Source of the DNA: Terriglobales bacterium
Lineage (GTDB): Bacteria; Acidobacteriota; Terriglobia; Terriglobales; Acidobacteriaceae
NCBI GenBank assembly: GCA_035308395.1
Contig: DATGGT010000123.1
Location: 71,786-135,785, forward strand
Reading direction: 5' to 3'
DNA: 64,000 bases
Numbering within the stretch: position 1 is the first letter of the stretch; every line of letters begins with the position of its first letter. Made by a program: the position numbers and the translations under genes. Below the pieces are notes generated by a model. That model had not been told where the DNA came from and ran no database searches. It was given only the letters and a program-made list of their open reading frames with translations. This document shows, one piece after another, positions 29,119-39,100 of this stretch.

Positions 29119-29525
29119 CGACTGGTTCCTCCAAAACGTGCTGCCAGCAAAACAGGTTGCCAGGGTTCGCACTGAGATCAGCACTTGTAACGCCGGGGAA
29201 GGAGTGGGGCGCGAAAACAAGCGATTCATCGAACTGCAACAATCCGTTAACGTTCTTATATACCTCACGCCTTGCTACTACAATGGCTCGGACTGGCTAA
29301 GCGCAAAGTCTTGCATAATTTGCGCTCTTTGTTTCAGCGCGATTTCGAGCAATCCGCTGGCTTTGAGAGCGACTTGCGCTAGTGTGAGATTTGGATTCCC
29401 GTTCCGGTCCCAGGAATCACGACAAGAACAATCGCCGCCGGGTCTGAATATAAAAGCTGCTACAGTAAGAATCTGCACCCCGACGAGCCGGAGATGCAAA
29501 TGAAGTTTCAAGGAGAAGGCTCGCT

Positions 29526-30929
29526 ATGCGCATTGCCGTAGTCGGTTCCGGGTACGTGGGTCTGGTAACGGGTGCTTGTTTCGCCGATCTGGGACACGAC
29601 GTCGTTCTGGTTGATAACGACGAAAAAAAGCTAGCCTCACTCAGAAACGGTGAGGTTCCGATTCACGAAAACTTTCTGCCGGAGTTACTGGCGCGGCACC
29701 GCGGACAGCGCATCAAGTTTTCCGGCGATTTACAGGCAGCCACCCGGGACAGCCAGGTTGTATTCATCGCGGTGGGAACGCCGCAAACCGAAAGCGGCGA
29801 CGCAGATCTCTCATACGTGGAGTCGGTTGCGCGCGAAATTTCTGGCGGCATCGACGACCACAAAGTCGTAGTGGAGAAAAGCACTGTCCCGGTGTATACC
29901 AGCGAATGGATCCGAACGATTATCCAGCGAAACGGCGCGGATCCATCGTTGTTTGATGTCGCCTCCAATCCCGAGTTTCTTCGCGAGGGCACGGGAGTCA
30001 CGGATTTCCTTTATCCCGACCGCATCGTAGTGGGGGTCGAGAACGAGCGCGCTGCGGAAGTAATGAAGGAAGTTTACGGTCCTTTGACGAGCGGTTGGTA
30101 CTACGGCCGCGCGGACGCGATTCCGCGCCCGGAGTCAGCCAATACGCCACCTCGCCTGATTATCACTAGCAGCAAGAGCGCGGAACTGATCAAGCACGCT
30201 TCTAACGCGTTTCTGGCGATGAAGATTTCCTTCGTGAACGCGGTTGCGTCGATCTGCGAATCGGTGGGTGCGAATGTGCAGCAGGTTTGTGACGGAATCG
30301 GCACGGACTCTCGCATCGGTCCGCGATTCATGAACCCGGGCATTGGCTATGGCGGATCTTGTTTCCCGAAAGATCTGATGGCGTTCCGGGCGGTCGCGAA
30401 GGAGAACGGCTATGACTTCCGCTTGCTCGAAGAAGTGATACGCATCAACGAAGATCAGCGGCATCGCTTCCTGCGGAAAGTGCGGAGCGTGCTCTGGACC
30501 CTTCGCGGCAAGCGACTCGGAGTACTGGGACTGGCCTTCAAGGGTGGCACCGACGATATTCGTGAATCTCCGGCATTGCTCCTCGTGCAGGAACTGCTGC
30601 GGGAAGGCTGCAATATTTGTGCCTACGATCCGGCGGCGATGGAGCGGGCGAAAGAGGTTCTAAAATCGGGTGTCGAGTTTGCAGCCGATGCGTATGAAGC
30701 AGCGACCGGCGCAGACGCGCTGTTGATCCTCACCGAGTGGGAAGAATTTGCTGCGCTTGATTTGGAACGCCTCGCTGTCCTCGTGAAATATCCAATCGTC
30801 TTGGATGGGCGGAATTTGTATGATCCCGCAGTGATGGTGGAGCACGGCTTCTCTTATTACAGTGTGGGGCGTCCGGCAGCGTTAGCCAAGGAGGTACCGT
30901 TACGAGTAAGGAAAATGGAGCGCGCCTGA
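29526..30929 (+). CDS. ugd: UDP-glucose 6-dehydrogenase
   Basis: [26 protein letters not shown]..., catalytic region [25 protein letters not shown]. Confidence 0.9.
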   Translation: MRIAVVGSGYVGLVTGACFADLGHDVVLVDNDEKKLASLRNGEVPIHENFLPELLARHRGQRIKFSGDLQAATRDSQVVFIAVGTPQTESGDADLSYVESVAREISGGIDDHKVVVEKSTVPVYTSEWIRTIIQRNGADPSLFDVASNPEFLREGTGVTDFLYPDRIVVGVENERAAEVMKEVYGPLTSGWYYGRADAIPRPESANTPPRLIITSSKSAELIKHASNAFLAMKISFVNAVASICESVGANVQQVCDGIGTDSRIGPRFMNPGIGYGGSCFPKDLMAFRAVAKENGYDFRLLEEVIRINEDQRHRFLRKVRSVLWTLRGKRLGVLGLAFKGGTDDIRESPALLLVQELLREGCNICAYDPAAMERAKEVLKSGVEFAADAYEAATGADALLILTEWEEFAALDLERLAVLVKYPIVLDGRNLYDPAVMVEHGFSYYSVGRPAALAKEVPLRVRKMERA

Positions 30930-31894
30930 AGTCTCGACGCGCGCTGGTCACCGGAGGAGCGGGATTTCTAGGATCGCATTTGTGCGATGGCCTGCTTGCC
31001 GAAGGCTACTCAGTGGTGGCCGCCGATAATCTACTTACCGGAAGGCTGGCGAACATCGAACATCTGAGGAACGAGGTTCGATTCGAGTTCATTGAGGCCG
31101 ATGTCTGTCGACCCGGCGAATGGGGCGAACTCGATTACGTTTTTCACTTTGCCAGCCCTGCCAGTCCGGTGGACTATGCCGAACACGGAATCGCAACTCT
31201 CCGCGTGGGATCATACGGAACGTTTGAAGCCCTCGAGACGGCATTGCGCTGCGGCGCGAAGTTCATGATGGCGTCGACGTCGGAGTGCTACGGCGATCCG
31301 GCAGTGCATCCGCAACCGGAGACCTACTGGGGGAATGTGAACCCGATCGGCCCCCGGTCGGTGTATGACGAGGCGAAACGGTTTTCTGAAGCCGTTACCA
31401 TGGCCTATCACCGCTATTTGAAAGTGGACACCCGCATTCTCCGCATCTTCAATACTTACGGGCCCCGCATGCAGATCAACGACGGCCGCGTGATTCCAAA
31501 TTTTATGTGGCAAGCGCTGCGGGGCGAAAACCTGACTGTGTATGGCAACGGGGGGCAGACACGCAGCTTCTGCTACGTGAGTGATGAGGTGGAGGGCATC
31601 CTGCGTCTGGCCCGATCCGCCGAACACGACCCCGTGAACATTGGCAATCCAACCGAGTTCACAATTCTCGAGTGCGCGAAGAAGGTGATTGCGACGACGG
31701 GATCGTCGAGCCAGATCAAATTCGAAGCGCTGCCACAGGATGATCCGAAGCAGCGCCGTCCTGATATTTCAAAAGCGAAGCGCCTGCTGGGATGGGAACC
31801 AAGAATCGACTTGGGGAGCGGGCTAAAACTTTCGCTGGAATATTTTCGGAGAGCCGTCGCGGAGGCTCTGGCTGACAAGGCTCAACCCGCGTAG
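30926..31894 (+). CDS. uxs: UDP-glucuronate decarboxylase (UDP-xylose synthase); proposed CTG start
   Basis: SDR fold with YDEAKR catalytic motif. The tracked ORF starts at TTG 30980, but in-frame upstream codons read [18 protein letters not shown] (Rossmann GxxGxxG), so the start must be upstream. Confidence 0.75.
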   Translation: MKSRRALVTGGAGFLGSHLCDGLLAEGYSVVAADNLLTGRLANIEHLRNEVRFEFIEADVCRPGEWGELDYVFHFASPASPVDYAEHGIATLRVGSYGTFEALETALRCGAKFMMASTSECYGDPAVHPQPETYWGNVNPIGPRSVYDEAKRFSEAVTMAYHRYLKVDTRILRIFNTYGPRMQINDGRVIPNFMWQALRGENLTVYGNGGQTRSFCYVSDEVEGILRLARSAEHDPVNIGNPTEFTILECAKKVIATTGSSSQIKFEALPQDDPKQRRPDISKAKRLLGWEPRIDLGSGLKLSLEYFRRAVAEALADKAQPA

Positions 31895-31900
31895 CTTGCG

Positions 31901-31924
31901 AACGGTACCGTTGCAAACTGCAAC
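31901..31924. terminator. Overlapping palindrome and hairpin in the convergent uxs / REC-PilZ spacer
   Basis: AACGGTACCGTT is a perfect palindrome. It overlaps the hairpin GTTGCA-aac-TGCAAC. Confidence 0.35.
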
Positions 31925-31939
31925 GACGTTCGGCGAGAA

Positions 31940-33070
31940 CTAGCGCATTTGCGCGTCGAGCGACGGACCTGCCGCCAACACCGCGAGGAGGCGCATCACC
32001 TCTTCACGCTCGACATCATCACGGAACACAAACCGCACTCCCATGCCGAATCCTGGATGCGTGGCCAGAACTTGGCCTCTGATGCGCAACTTTGTATCAG
32101 CATGTCGAACCAGAATCTCAACTCCGGCCTGCCCCGTCAGCGGAGACGGCATCTCGACATAACAGCCACCTTCGCTGATGTCAGACAATGTGCAGCGATT
32201 CGGGACGCTCGTGCCCAGGCGATAGACTTCGGCTCCAAGCTTGCACGCCATGCGCAGTTCGCCACGTCGATTGCTGGGATTGGTGACAAGCGGAGACTCT
32301 TTACCTTCGGGTATCGCGCCGCGTCGAACGTCGGACGCCACCCCCGCGGACTTGCTGGCTGGCACCTGCGCCGGCACACCTGCCGCCGGAGTGACATTAG
32401 TATTATTCTGCTGGAGCCAAGTCTGAATGAGCCGCCGTGAAGACTGGGGCACATCGACAAAGCGAATTCCCGTGCGCCCGCTTGAGTCCTGCCATGCAAC
32501 CTCACCCGACAGGCGAACCAGGGGCTGCTGGCCCGGTAGCGCAAACTCAAAATATACTTTGCATGACGAAGGCAGACGATTGGCGGTCTGGAGTGATGTT
32601 CCGCCATCGCTGAGGTCAGTCAACAGCGCGTTCACTTCCGGAGCCCCCGGATACGCAACGTTCGCCTTGGAATTAAGCGGAGTGCGGGGCGCCCGGCGGC
32701 GTTCTCGGCGCATCAGGCCGCGAGCTGCGCGCAAACTGATCCGCGTGCGCTCGGCAGAGAGCGGACGGTACAAAACGAAATTCGCACCCAAGCCAAAGAC
32801 CGGACGCGCGTTGAACTCCCCGTCGACAATCGCGATCAACATGCTGGCCCGGTTCCGTGCCGATTGTCGGAGCCGTGCCAGGAATTTCTCAGAGTCCTCG
32901 TCGGCGCGATAATCAAGAACAATCACATCAAAGCGCTGGCTCTCGAGCAACTGTAGTCCGCCGGAGACCGATGGTGTATGCTCCGCGGCCATCCCCAGTT
33001 CTGACAACACTTCCGTCAGCAGGGTCGACGACCCCTGATCCGGACACACCACGAGAGCGCGTAAGTCCAT
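31940..33070 (-). CDS. Degenerate receiver (REC) plus two PilZ domains
   Basis: REC-like N-terminus (ALVVCPDQ.., VIVLDY, LYRP). PilZ 1: RRERRRAPR..DLSDGG. PilZ 2: RRGELR..DISEGG. Both keep RxxxR and DxSxxG. Confidence 0.8.
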   Translation of the reverse strand: MDLRALVVCPDQGSSTLLTEVLSELGMAAEHTPSVSGGLQLLESQRFDVIVLDYRADEDSEKFLARLRQSARNRASMLIAIVDGEFNARPVFGLGANFVLYRPLSAERTRISLRAARGLMRRERRRAPRTPLNSKANVAYPGAPEVNALLTDLSDGGTSLQTANRLPSSCKVYFEFALPGQQPLVRLSGEVAWQDSSGRTGIRFVDVPQSSRRLIQTWLQQNNTNVTPAAGVPAQVPASKSAGVASDVRRGAIPEGKESPLVTNPSNRRGELRMACKLGAEVYRLGTSVPNRCTLSDISEGGCYVEMPSPLTGQAGVEILVRHADTKLRIRGQVLATHPGFGMGVRFVFRDDVEREEVMRLLAVLAAGPSLDAQMR

Positions 33071-33399
33071 AGTGACAACATGGTAAGAGACTATCGGCGA
33101 CGCTCACAAGTTACCTGTGTCACGCGGGAGAACCTTAACTTCAGTGTTTCAGCTCTAGTATTTCGGCAGCGCCATCGACTAGCCAGCATCGACCGACAAT
33201 CGATCGATAATTTAAGGATTGTCACGAACGCACTGAAGTAATCTTCCAATCGCCTCTTTCGTGATCTATCCAGTCGTTTCGGACGCTTCTACACTGGCCT
33301 AGCAGTGGGTCGCCGAAACCAGGCGTCCAGCACGACTGTAACTCTCCCGCATTACCTTACGAAAAGACATTGTACGAAAGGCCGGTGTACCCCGGTACT

Positions 33400-33428
33400 T
33401 TGACGCGAAGGTCGGGGGTTTCTACCAT
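33400..33428 (+). promoter_or_regulatory. Possible sigma70-type promoter for the minor-pilin operon
   Basis: TTGACG, 17-nt spacer, TACCAT. About 140 nt upstream of ATG 33567. Pattern match only. Confidence 0.25.
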
Positions 33429-33566
33429 CGTGGTAATCAGTTAGCGCCAGATCTCCGATCATTTGAGTCGCGGGAGATGCCGGACTGACAAGCGTTCTAG
33501 TTAGCAGCGAATTAGTTTTGATGGTTGTGTTCTAGAAGCGGAGAGACTCAATTGCAGCCAATACTT

Positions 33567-34247
33567 ATGAGAAGGCCGGTAAGAAATTCGCGGCAACGCA
33601 GGCATCGAGCGAGCGGCTTCAGCTTGATCGAAATGATGAGCGTGGTGGCGATTGGGATTGTCGTGACCGCAGTCTCCTTCATGACTCTGGTTCCGGTCAT
33701 GAACCAGCAACGCGTGAACAATGCATACAACATCACGCTGGCCGCGATGCGTCAGGCGCACGACAACGCAATGTCGCAACGCACATCCTACTCGGTAACG
33801 TTTTCTAACACGGTGACGCCGAACACCATCACCGTGGCACCCACACTCACCGGATTCGCGGGCGCGCAGAGTGCCGTGACTTATCAATTGCCGAACGGCG
33901 TCACATTTTACGCGGCCTCGGCTCTTTCTTCGGTCACGGCTCCAGACAGCGGTGCGGGGGCAAGCTTTGGCACTGGCACGCACGCGATCGATTTTGGCTA
34001 CACCGCGAACGGTGTAGGCACGGGCGGGCAAACGGTCGTTTACTTCTGTCCTGATGGTTCGGCGCAAGACGCCGAGGGCGGGGCAGGCAACTGCGCGGGC
34101 AGCTGGGATGACGGCGTTGTCTATATCGCACGTTCCACAGACCTGTTGAGTTCAAGGGCGATTTCGCTTTGGGGTGCTACCGGGCGAGTTCGAGGATGGC
34201 GTCTCTATAGCACCGGTGCATCAACCTATCAATGGAAACGGCAATGA
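33567..34247 (+). CDS. GspH/FimT-like minor pilin (prepilin-type N-terminal methylation domain)
   Basis: MRRPVRNSRQRRHRASG/FSLIEMMSVVAIGIVVTAV: class III signal peptide with G-1, F+1, E+5. Confidence 0.75.
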   Translation: MRRPVRNSRQRRHRASGFSLIEMMSVVAIGIVVTAVSFMTLVPVMNQQRVNNAYNITLAAMRQAHDNAMSQRTSYSVTFSNTVTPNTITVAPTLTGFAGAQSAVTYQLPNGVTFYAASALSSVTAPDSGAGASFGTGTHAIDFGYTANGVGTGGQTVVYFCPDGSAQDAEGGAGNCAGSWDDGVVYIARSTDLLSSRAISLWGATGRVRGWRLYSTGASTYQWKRQ

Positions 34248-34885
34248 AGATGAGGGCGACCGCTATGGCTGGATTACAGATCAGACGAAGTGCACTTCCT
34301 CGGGACCGAAGAACCGCGGAAGGCGGTTTTTCGCTGGTTGAAGTCTTGATCTCGATGGCTGTGCTAACGGTGGGGATGGTAAGTCTGCTCGGCGTCTTTG
34401 GGTTGGCAATGGCTGCCACAGAGACATCGCAGCAGGACATGATCGCCAAGCAACTTGCCAACGAATCGTACGAGAGTATCGTGACCGCGAGCAACTCGAC
34501 TCAGATCAACTGGGACGACATCAACAACGTGGGCTCGACGAACTGTCCGGACACCGGCGCGAGCAGTTGCGGAATCTTCCTGACGGGCACGCAGCCGATC
34601 AACAATGCGGGAGTCGACGGAATTTACGGAACGGCCGACGACGCCTCTGCTGGCGGACAAACTCTGCAGGACCCCGGGCCAGACGGAGTGTTCCTGACCG
34701 TGGACGACACATTCATCCCCTTGACTAACTACCAGCGCTCGATTGCGATCGCGCCGCTCTATGACGTGAACTCGGTCCTGATCTCGAACCTGCGCAGCGT
34801 GACGATCACAATGCAGTACACGACTCCTCAGAGCAAGCAACAGAAGACTTACATTCTGAATTCCTACATCTCAGAGTTCCAGTAA
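34244..34885 (+). CDS. PilV/GspI-like minor pilin
   Basis: ...RRTAEGG/FSLVEVLISMAVLTVGMVSLLGVF. ATG 34244 overlaps the upstream stop as ATGA. Confidence 0.7.
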   Translation: MKMRATAMAGLQIRRSALPRDRRTAEGGFSLVEVLISMAVLTVGMVSLLGVFGLAMAATETSQQDMIAKQLANESYESIVTASNSTQINWDDINNVGSTNCPDTGASSCGIFLTGTQPINNAGVDGIYGTADDASAGGQTLQDPGPDGVFLTVDDTFIPLTNYQRSIAIAPLYDVNSVLISNLRSVTITMQYTTPQSKQQKTYILNSYISEFQ

Positions 34886-34895
34886 AAAGGGAGTT

Positions 34896-36083
34896 ATGGG
34901 CGACCGCTTAAAAACACGCGAGAGTGGATTCAGCTTGCTGGAGATGATGATCTCTGTGGCTCTGGGCACGGTTGTGCTTGGCGCCGCGGTGCAGATCTAC
35001 AGCAAGGGAGTTGGGGCGACCTGGACGGTTTCGCAGCGAGCCGAGTTGCAGCAGGATTTTCGCGCCGCTTCCAACATGTTAACCAAGGATCTCAGCGAAG
35101 CCGGAGCGGGCCTGGGCAACAACGTCGCCATTGCGCTGCCGAGTGGAAGCACTCCGCGTTTCGGTTGCGACCAGACCAATACCTGCTACTTGAACGGCGT
35201 GGCGGGGACTTATCCTCTGCAGAGCGGCACACCCTATCTTTACGGGCTCATTCCGGGATACAACCTGGGACCGATTCTCAACGCCACCCAGGGAGCGACC
35301 GATACTGTCACGACGATATACACGGACAACAACTTCTATTTGAACTGTTATGCGGCAACCGTCACATCCGCGGGCGTGGTGACCTTTGCGCCAATCGTCA
35401 CGACTCCGGTGGCAACAGCTTGGCCTCCGCCGGGTTGCTTGCCGAACAGCAGCGTGACCTCGCCTCAAGCCGTAAACGATGCAGTGGTCGGGTTGACGCC
35501 CGGCGATCTGGTCCTGATGAACCTGAATAACTCCCCTATTGTGGGCGAAGTGACGGGCGCGGTCACGGCAACGGGAACCAACACTTACACCGTCCCCTTC
35601 GCCAAGGCCAGTTCTACGGTCGATCCTCTGAAGATGAACCAGACGCCCGCCGGTAGCGGCTTGAACGCTGCGCCGGTGGGTGCGACCGGGGCAAATCCTC
35701 AGCGCCTTCTGGTGATCACTTATTACATCGACAATACCGTGGCCCCGCCGCGATTAATGCGTCAGGTGAGCGGACATTCGCCGATTCCGGTCGCGGAAAA
35801 TGTGGCTTACATGAAATTCAGCTATGACCTCTTCAACGACGCCACCAGTTCGCCAGCGGTGAACTGCAGCAATCCAGGCGCCGCCACCGATGGCTGCAAT
35901 ACCGCCGGCGCGTCGTCTGGTCTTCTTCCGAACCAGATCACCAAGATCAATATTCTGAACATGGCGATGAACAGCACACTGATGGGCGCCCAGTACGGCA
36001 CAGGCACCGGTTATCAGCGAATGGATTTGCAAACGTCGGTAAGCGCCCGGAACCTGACCTACGCCAACAACTATCCCAATTAA
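34896..36083 (+). CDS. PilW/GspJ-like minor pilin (enlarged, 395 aa)
   Basis: MGDRLKTRESG/FSLLEMMISVALGTVVLGAAVQIY..RAELQQDFRAASNMLTKDLSEAG. Confidence 0.7.
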   Translation: MGDRLKTRESGFSLLEMMISVALGTVVLGAAVQIYSKGVGATWTVSQRAELQQDFRAASNMLTKDLSEAGAGLGNNVAIALPSGSTPRFGCDQTNTCYLNGVAGTYPLQSGTPYLYGLIPGYNLGPILNATQGATDTVTTIYTDNNFYLNCYAATVTSAGVVTFAPIVTTPVATAWPPPGCLPNSSVTSPQAVNDAVVGLTPGDLVLMNLNNSPIVGEVTGAVTATGTNTYTVPFAKASSTVDPLKMNQTPAGSGLNAAPVGATGANPQRLLVITYYIDNTVAPPRLMRQVSGHSPIPVAENVAYMKFSYDLFNDATSSPAVNCSNPGAATDGCNTAGASSGLLPNQITKINILNMAMNSTLMGAQYGTGTGYQRMDLQTSVSARNLTYANNYPN

Positions 36084-36162
36084 GGGTGGAGGGGTAGCAG
36101 AGGCACACAAGATCGAGATGAGGAACGATGCAATGGGGAACACGACCATGGGGAGTGACGGT

Positions 36163-39100
36163 ATGAAGAAAACCAGATTGCGCATCACCAGGCTGAACGT
36201 CAAAGGATTCACGCTGATTGCGTCCTTGCTGATGCTGTTGCTGATGTCGGGGATGGCGATCGGTCTGCTGATGATGGTCAACACCGAAGGCAAGGTGGGG
36301 GGAAGCGACCTGCAAAATAACGTCGCCTATCACGCCGCCGAAGGTGGAATCGAAAAGATGTACTCCGACCTCTCGGCGGTGTTTAATAACGCGCAAGCCC
36401 CGACTGCCGCCCAAATCTGCGCGGCGAGCGCCGCGGCCAACCAGCCAACGATGCCCGGAGTCACTTGGACCCAATATTCGATCATGCCCGGCTCGGCGCA
36501 AACTTCGACTTGCCCGACAACTCTGTCGACGACCTGGGGACAGATTACCGCCGGACCGAACCAGGGTTTGTATGCGCAGGTCATTCCCGTGAACATGCTG
36601 GCTACCGCGTCCCTTACGGGCGGACAGGAAGTCACCATGATCCGGCAGACGCAGGTCGCTTTGATTCCGGTATTCCAGTACGGAATGTTTTGCGAAAATG
36701 ATTGCTCAATCTTTCCTGGCGGCGGTATGACTTTCAATGGCCCCATCCATAGCAACGGTGATTTTTACCCGTACGTCGGATCGGGTGCCAACTTGACGTT
36801 TCAAGCTAAGGTGTCTGCGTTCGGCAACATTATTCGAACCGTGTTGCCCAATCTCAATTCTTCCAGCGCCAGAACTGGTAACGTCTATGTTCCGACTGCG
36901 AATAGCGCGACCGCTTGCAGCAATTCCAGCCCGAGCGCTGCGCCATCCACGGCAGCCGGAAACACGTGTACGAGTCTTGCCACGGTTGGTACCACCAATC
37001 CATGGGGAGACGGCAGCCTTCAGGGCGCTGGGGGTAATCCGGCGCAATCGAGCTACAGCAGTGTTTGGAACAACTATTCCAACACCACTCTGAACGACAT
37101 GATGATCAACGGGAACTATGGCAGCAAGACAACCAAAGGAACCGGAGCCAAAAAACTGTCTATGCCGTTCGTCAACGGCAGCAACTTCCCGTATGAAGTG
37201 ATTCGTCGCCCCAAGGGCACGGAGTCGGCTTCAACACTCCTGGGTCAATCGCGCGAATATAACATGGCCCAGATTCGCGTCCTGCTGAGCGACGATCCCG
37301 CGGAGTTCAAGAACGGTACCGGTGCGACGGATCCCGACAACGTCCGACTGGCAAACGTTGCGCAGAATTCGACCGTGGCAGGCCAGTGGGGTGTCACGAT
37401 ACCCTCGGGTAATTACAGCTCCGCGTTCGGGTCGCCGACATCCGGCACTTATAACCTCTATTTCGCGTCGGCTTCCAATGGAGTTCCCATTCCGAATGCC
37501 ACCGCTTCCACTTGCTCGGGCGAGCCTTGCTTGACGGCCGACGATTGGCCTTCTCCACCGGTGACGTGGACGAACGCCATGGCAACGGCCGCCGGAATTG
37601 CATGGATTAACCCACCTGTGCCAAGCACGGCGCCAATCTACTGGAATAACGGACCCAGCCCGACGGTTTATCTTTGTCCGCCAAACGTGACCTTCACCGC
37701 CTCGCCCTCGCCGGCTCTTCCTTCGAACTGTCCTGCGGGAGCCTATCCATACTATTCCCCGCCAAATCCAACTCTTCCCCTCGTTTCCGGGGCACTCACG
37801 CCCTACAATTCTGCATTCGACGATTCATGGAGCACCCTCGATGGGTGGCTGCGTGTGGAGTATCTGAACAACTCCGGCAACTGGGTTGCAGTAACCAACG
37901 AGTGGCTGCAATTGGGATTTGCGCGCGGTGTAACCGCACCCACTGCCAGCGTAGCAGGTCAGCCCGCCGGTGGAACTCCAAACCCCATCAATCCAAAGGC
38001 AATCTTGCTGCTTCAGGAACCAGCCGACCGCTCCACCAACGCCACTCTGATGGCTGAACCGGCGGCCACCGGTGCGATTTCTACCGGAACTCCGCCAAGT
38101 TGCACGGCTTGGACCTCGGCAGCACATACTATCTGCACCACTTGGGCTGCAGGCAATCCGCCCTTGCTTGTCTCCGATGCTGGAGCCGGCGGCGAGTGGG
38201 CATTCGGCATTACCCCCAGTGCTCCGGCGGCCGCGACAACTCCGCAGAGCCTCACGGAATACAACTGGTATCCAATCAACTTTTACGACTCGCGTGAAGG
38301 CGAGCCTCGCGATATCGATTGGTCAGGGACAACCCTGGGCGTAACGGACAACAGTTGCACAGCCAACGGCGTGATGAACGCGGTTGAGATCGATGTGGGC
38401 AACCTTGAGCAGTGGCTGTTAGGTAATACCGGCACAAGCGGAACGCTGGTGAACTCTTCGACCCAGAACGGGTACATCCTGTATTTCTCGGACCGTCGTG
38501 GCATGTTGCCGAGCAAAAACGCTGTCTCGTCTAACGCGGCCAACACAAAAACCGGAGACTCGGGGTTGGAAGACACCGTAAACTCCGGCAGCACTGCAGG
38601 GACCACCGACGGCGCGCTCGAGACAACCATGGCTGGCCACCCCAACTCTCCTGAGGACGACAACCAGAATGGCTTGCTCGACAACTGGGGCGCCTACAAC
38701 CTGGGAATGGGCTTCTATGGCACGGTGTCCAGCTCGACTCAAAACCTGAATACGAAAATCACAAGCACTGCCGTGCCAAATCCCTACGGCACCGTGGCGG
38801 CCAATGGAGGCGACCGAATCGCTCTTTGCGGCCGCACCGCCCGCAAGAATTGGGTCAGCGGCGCGCGACACGTTTTGAAACTGGTGGATGCGTCCCTAGG
38901 CAATGTGCCGTTGAGCAACACGCCGATCGTTTACAACGGCGTGACCTACAATGGCGGATTCACCGTAGCCTCGGAAAACCCGGTATATCTCCAGGGCGAT
39001 TACAATTCGAATGGTACCGACACCGCATGGAGCGCCACGCCGGTGGATCAGGCTGGAATGGCGGCATCTGCCGTGCTCGCCGATTCGGTTACTCTTCTTT

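Noticed and set aside
29278-29511. 77-aa minus-strand ORF upstream of the PQQ/Ig gene
   Set aside because: It has a TTG start and no SD, and its N-half has odd composition. It overlaps the ugd SD region. No support beyond being open.
33340-33450. Possible c-di-GMP-I (GEMM-I) riboswitch in the pilin-operon leader (GACGCGAAGG resembles GACGCAAAGC)
   Set aside because: I could not find the GGCAAAC element, the GNRA tetraloop/receptor pair or a convincing three-helix fold. The similar segment reads better as a TTGACG -35 box. A covariance-model scan would settle it.
33071-33566. Sigma54 (-24/-12, TGGCAC-N5-TTGC) promoter for the pilin operon
   Set aside because: The nearest candidates (CTGGCCTAGCAGTGG, others elsewhere) have wrong GG-GC spacing or lack the TTGC element.
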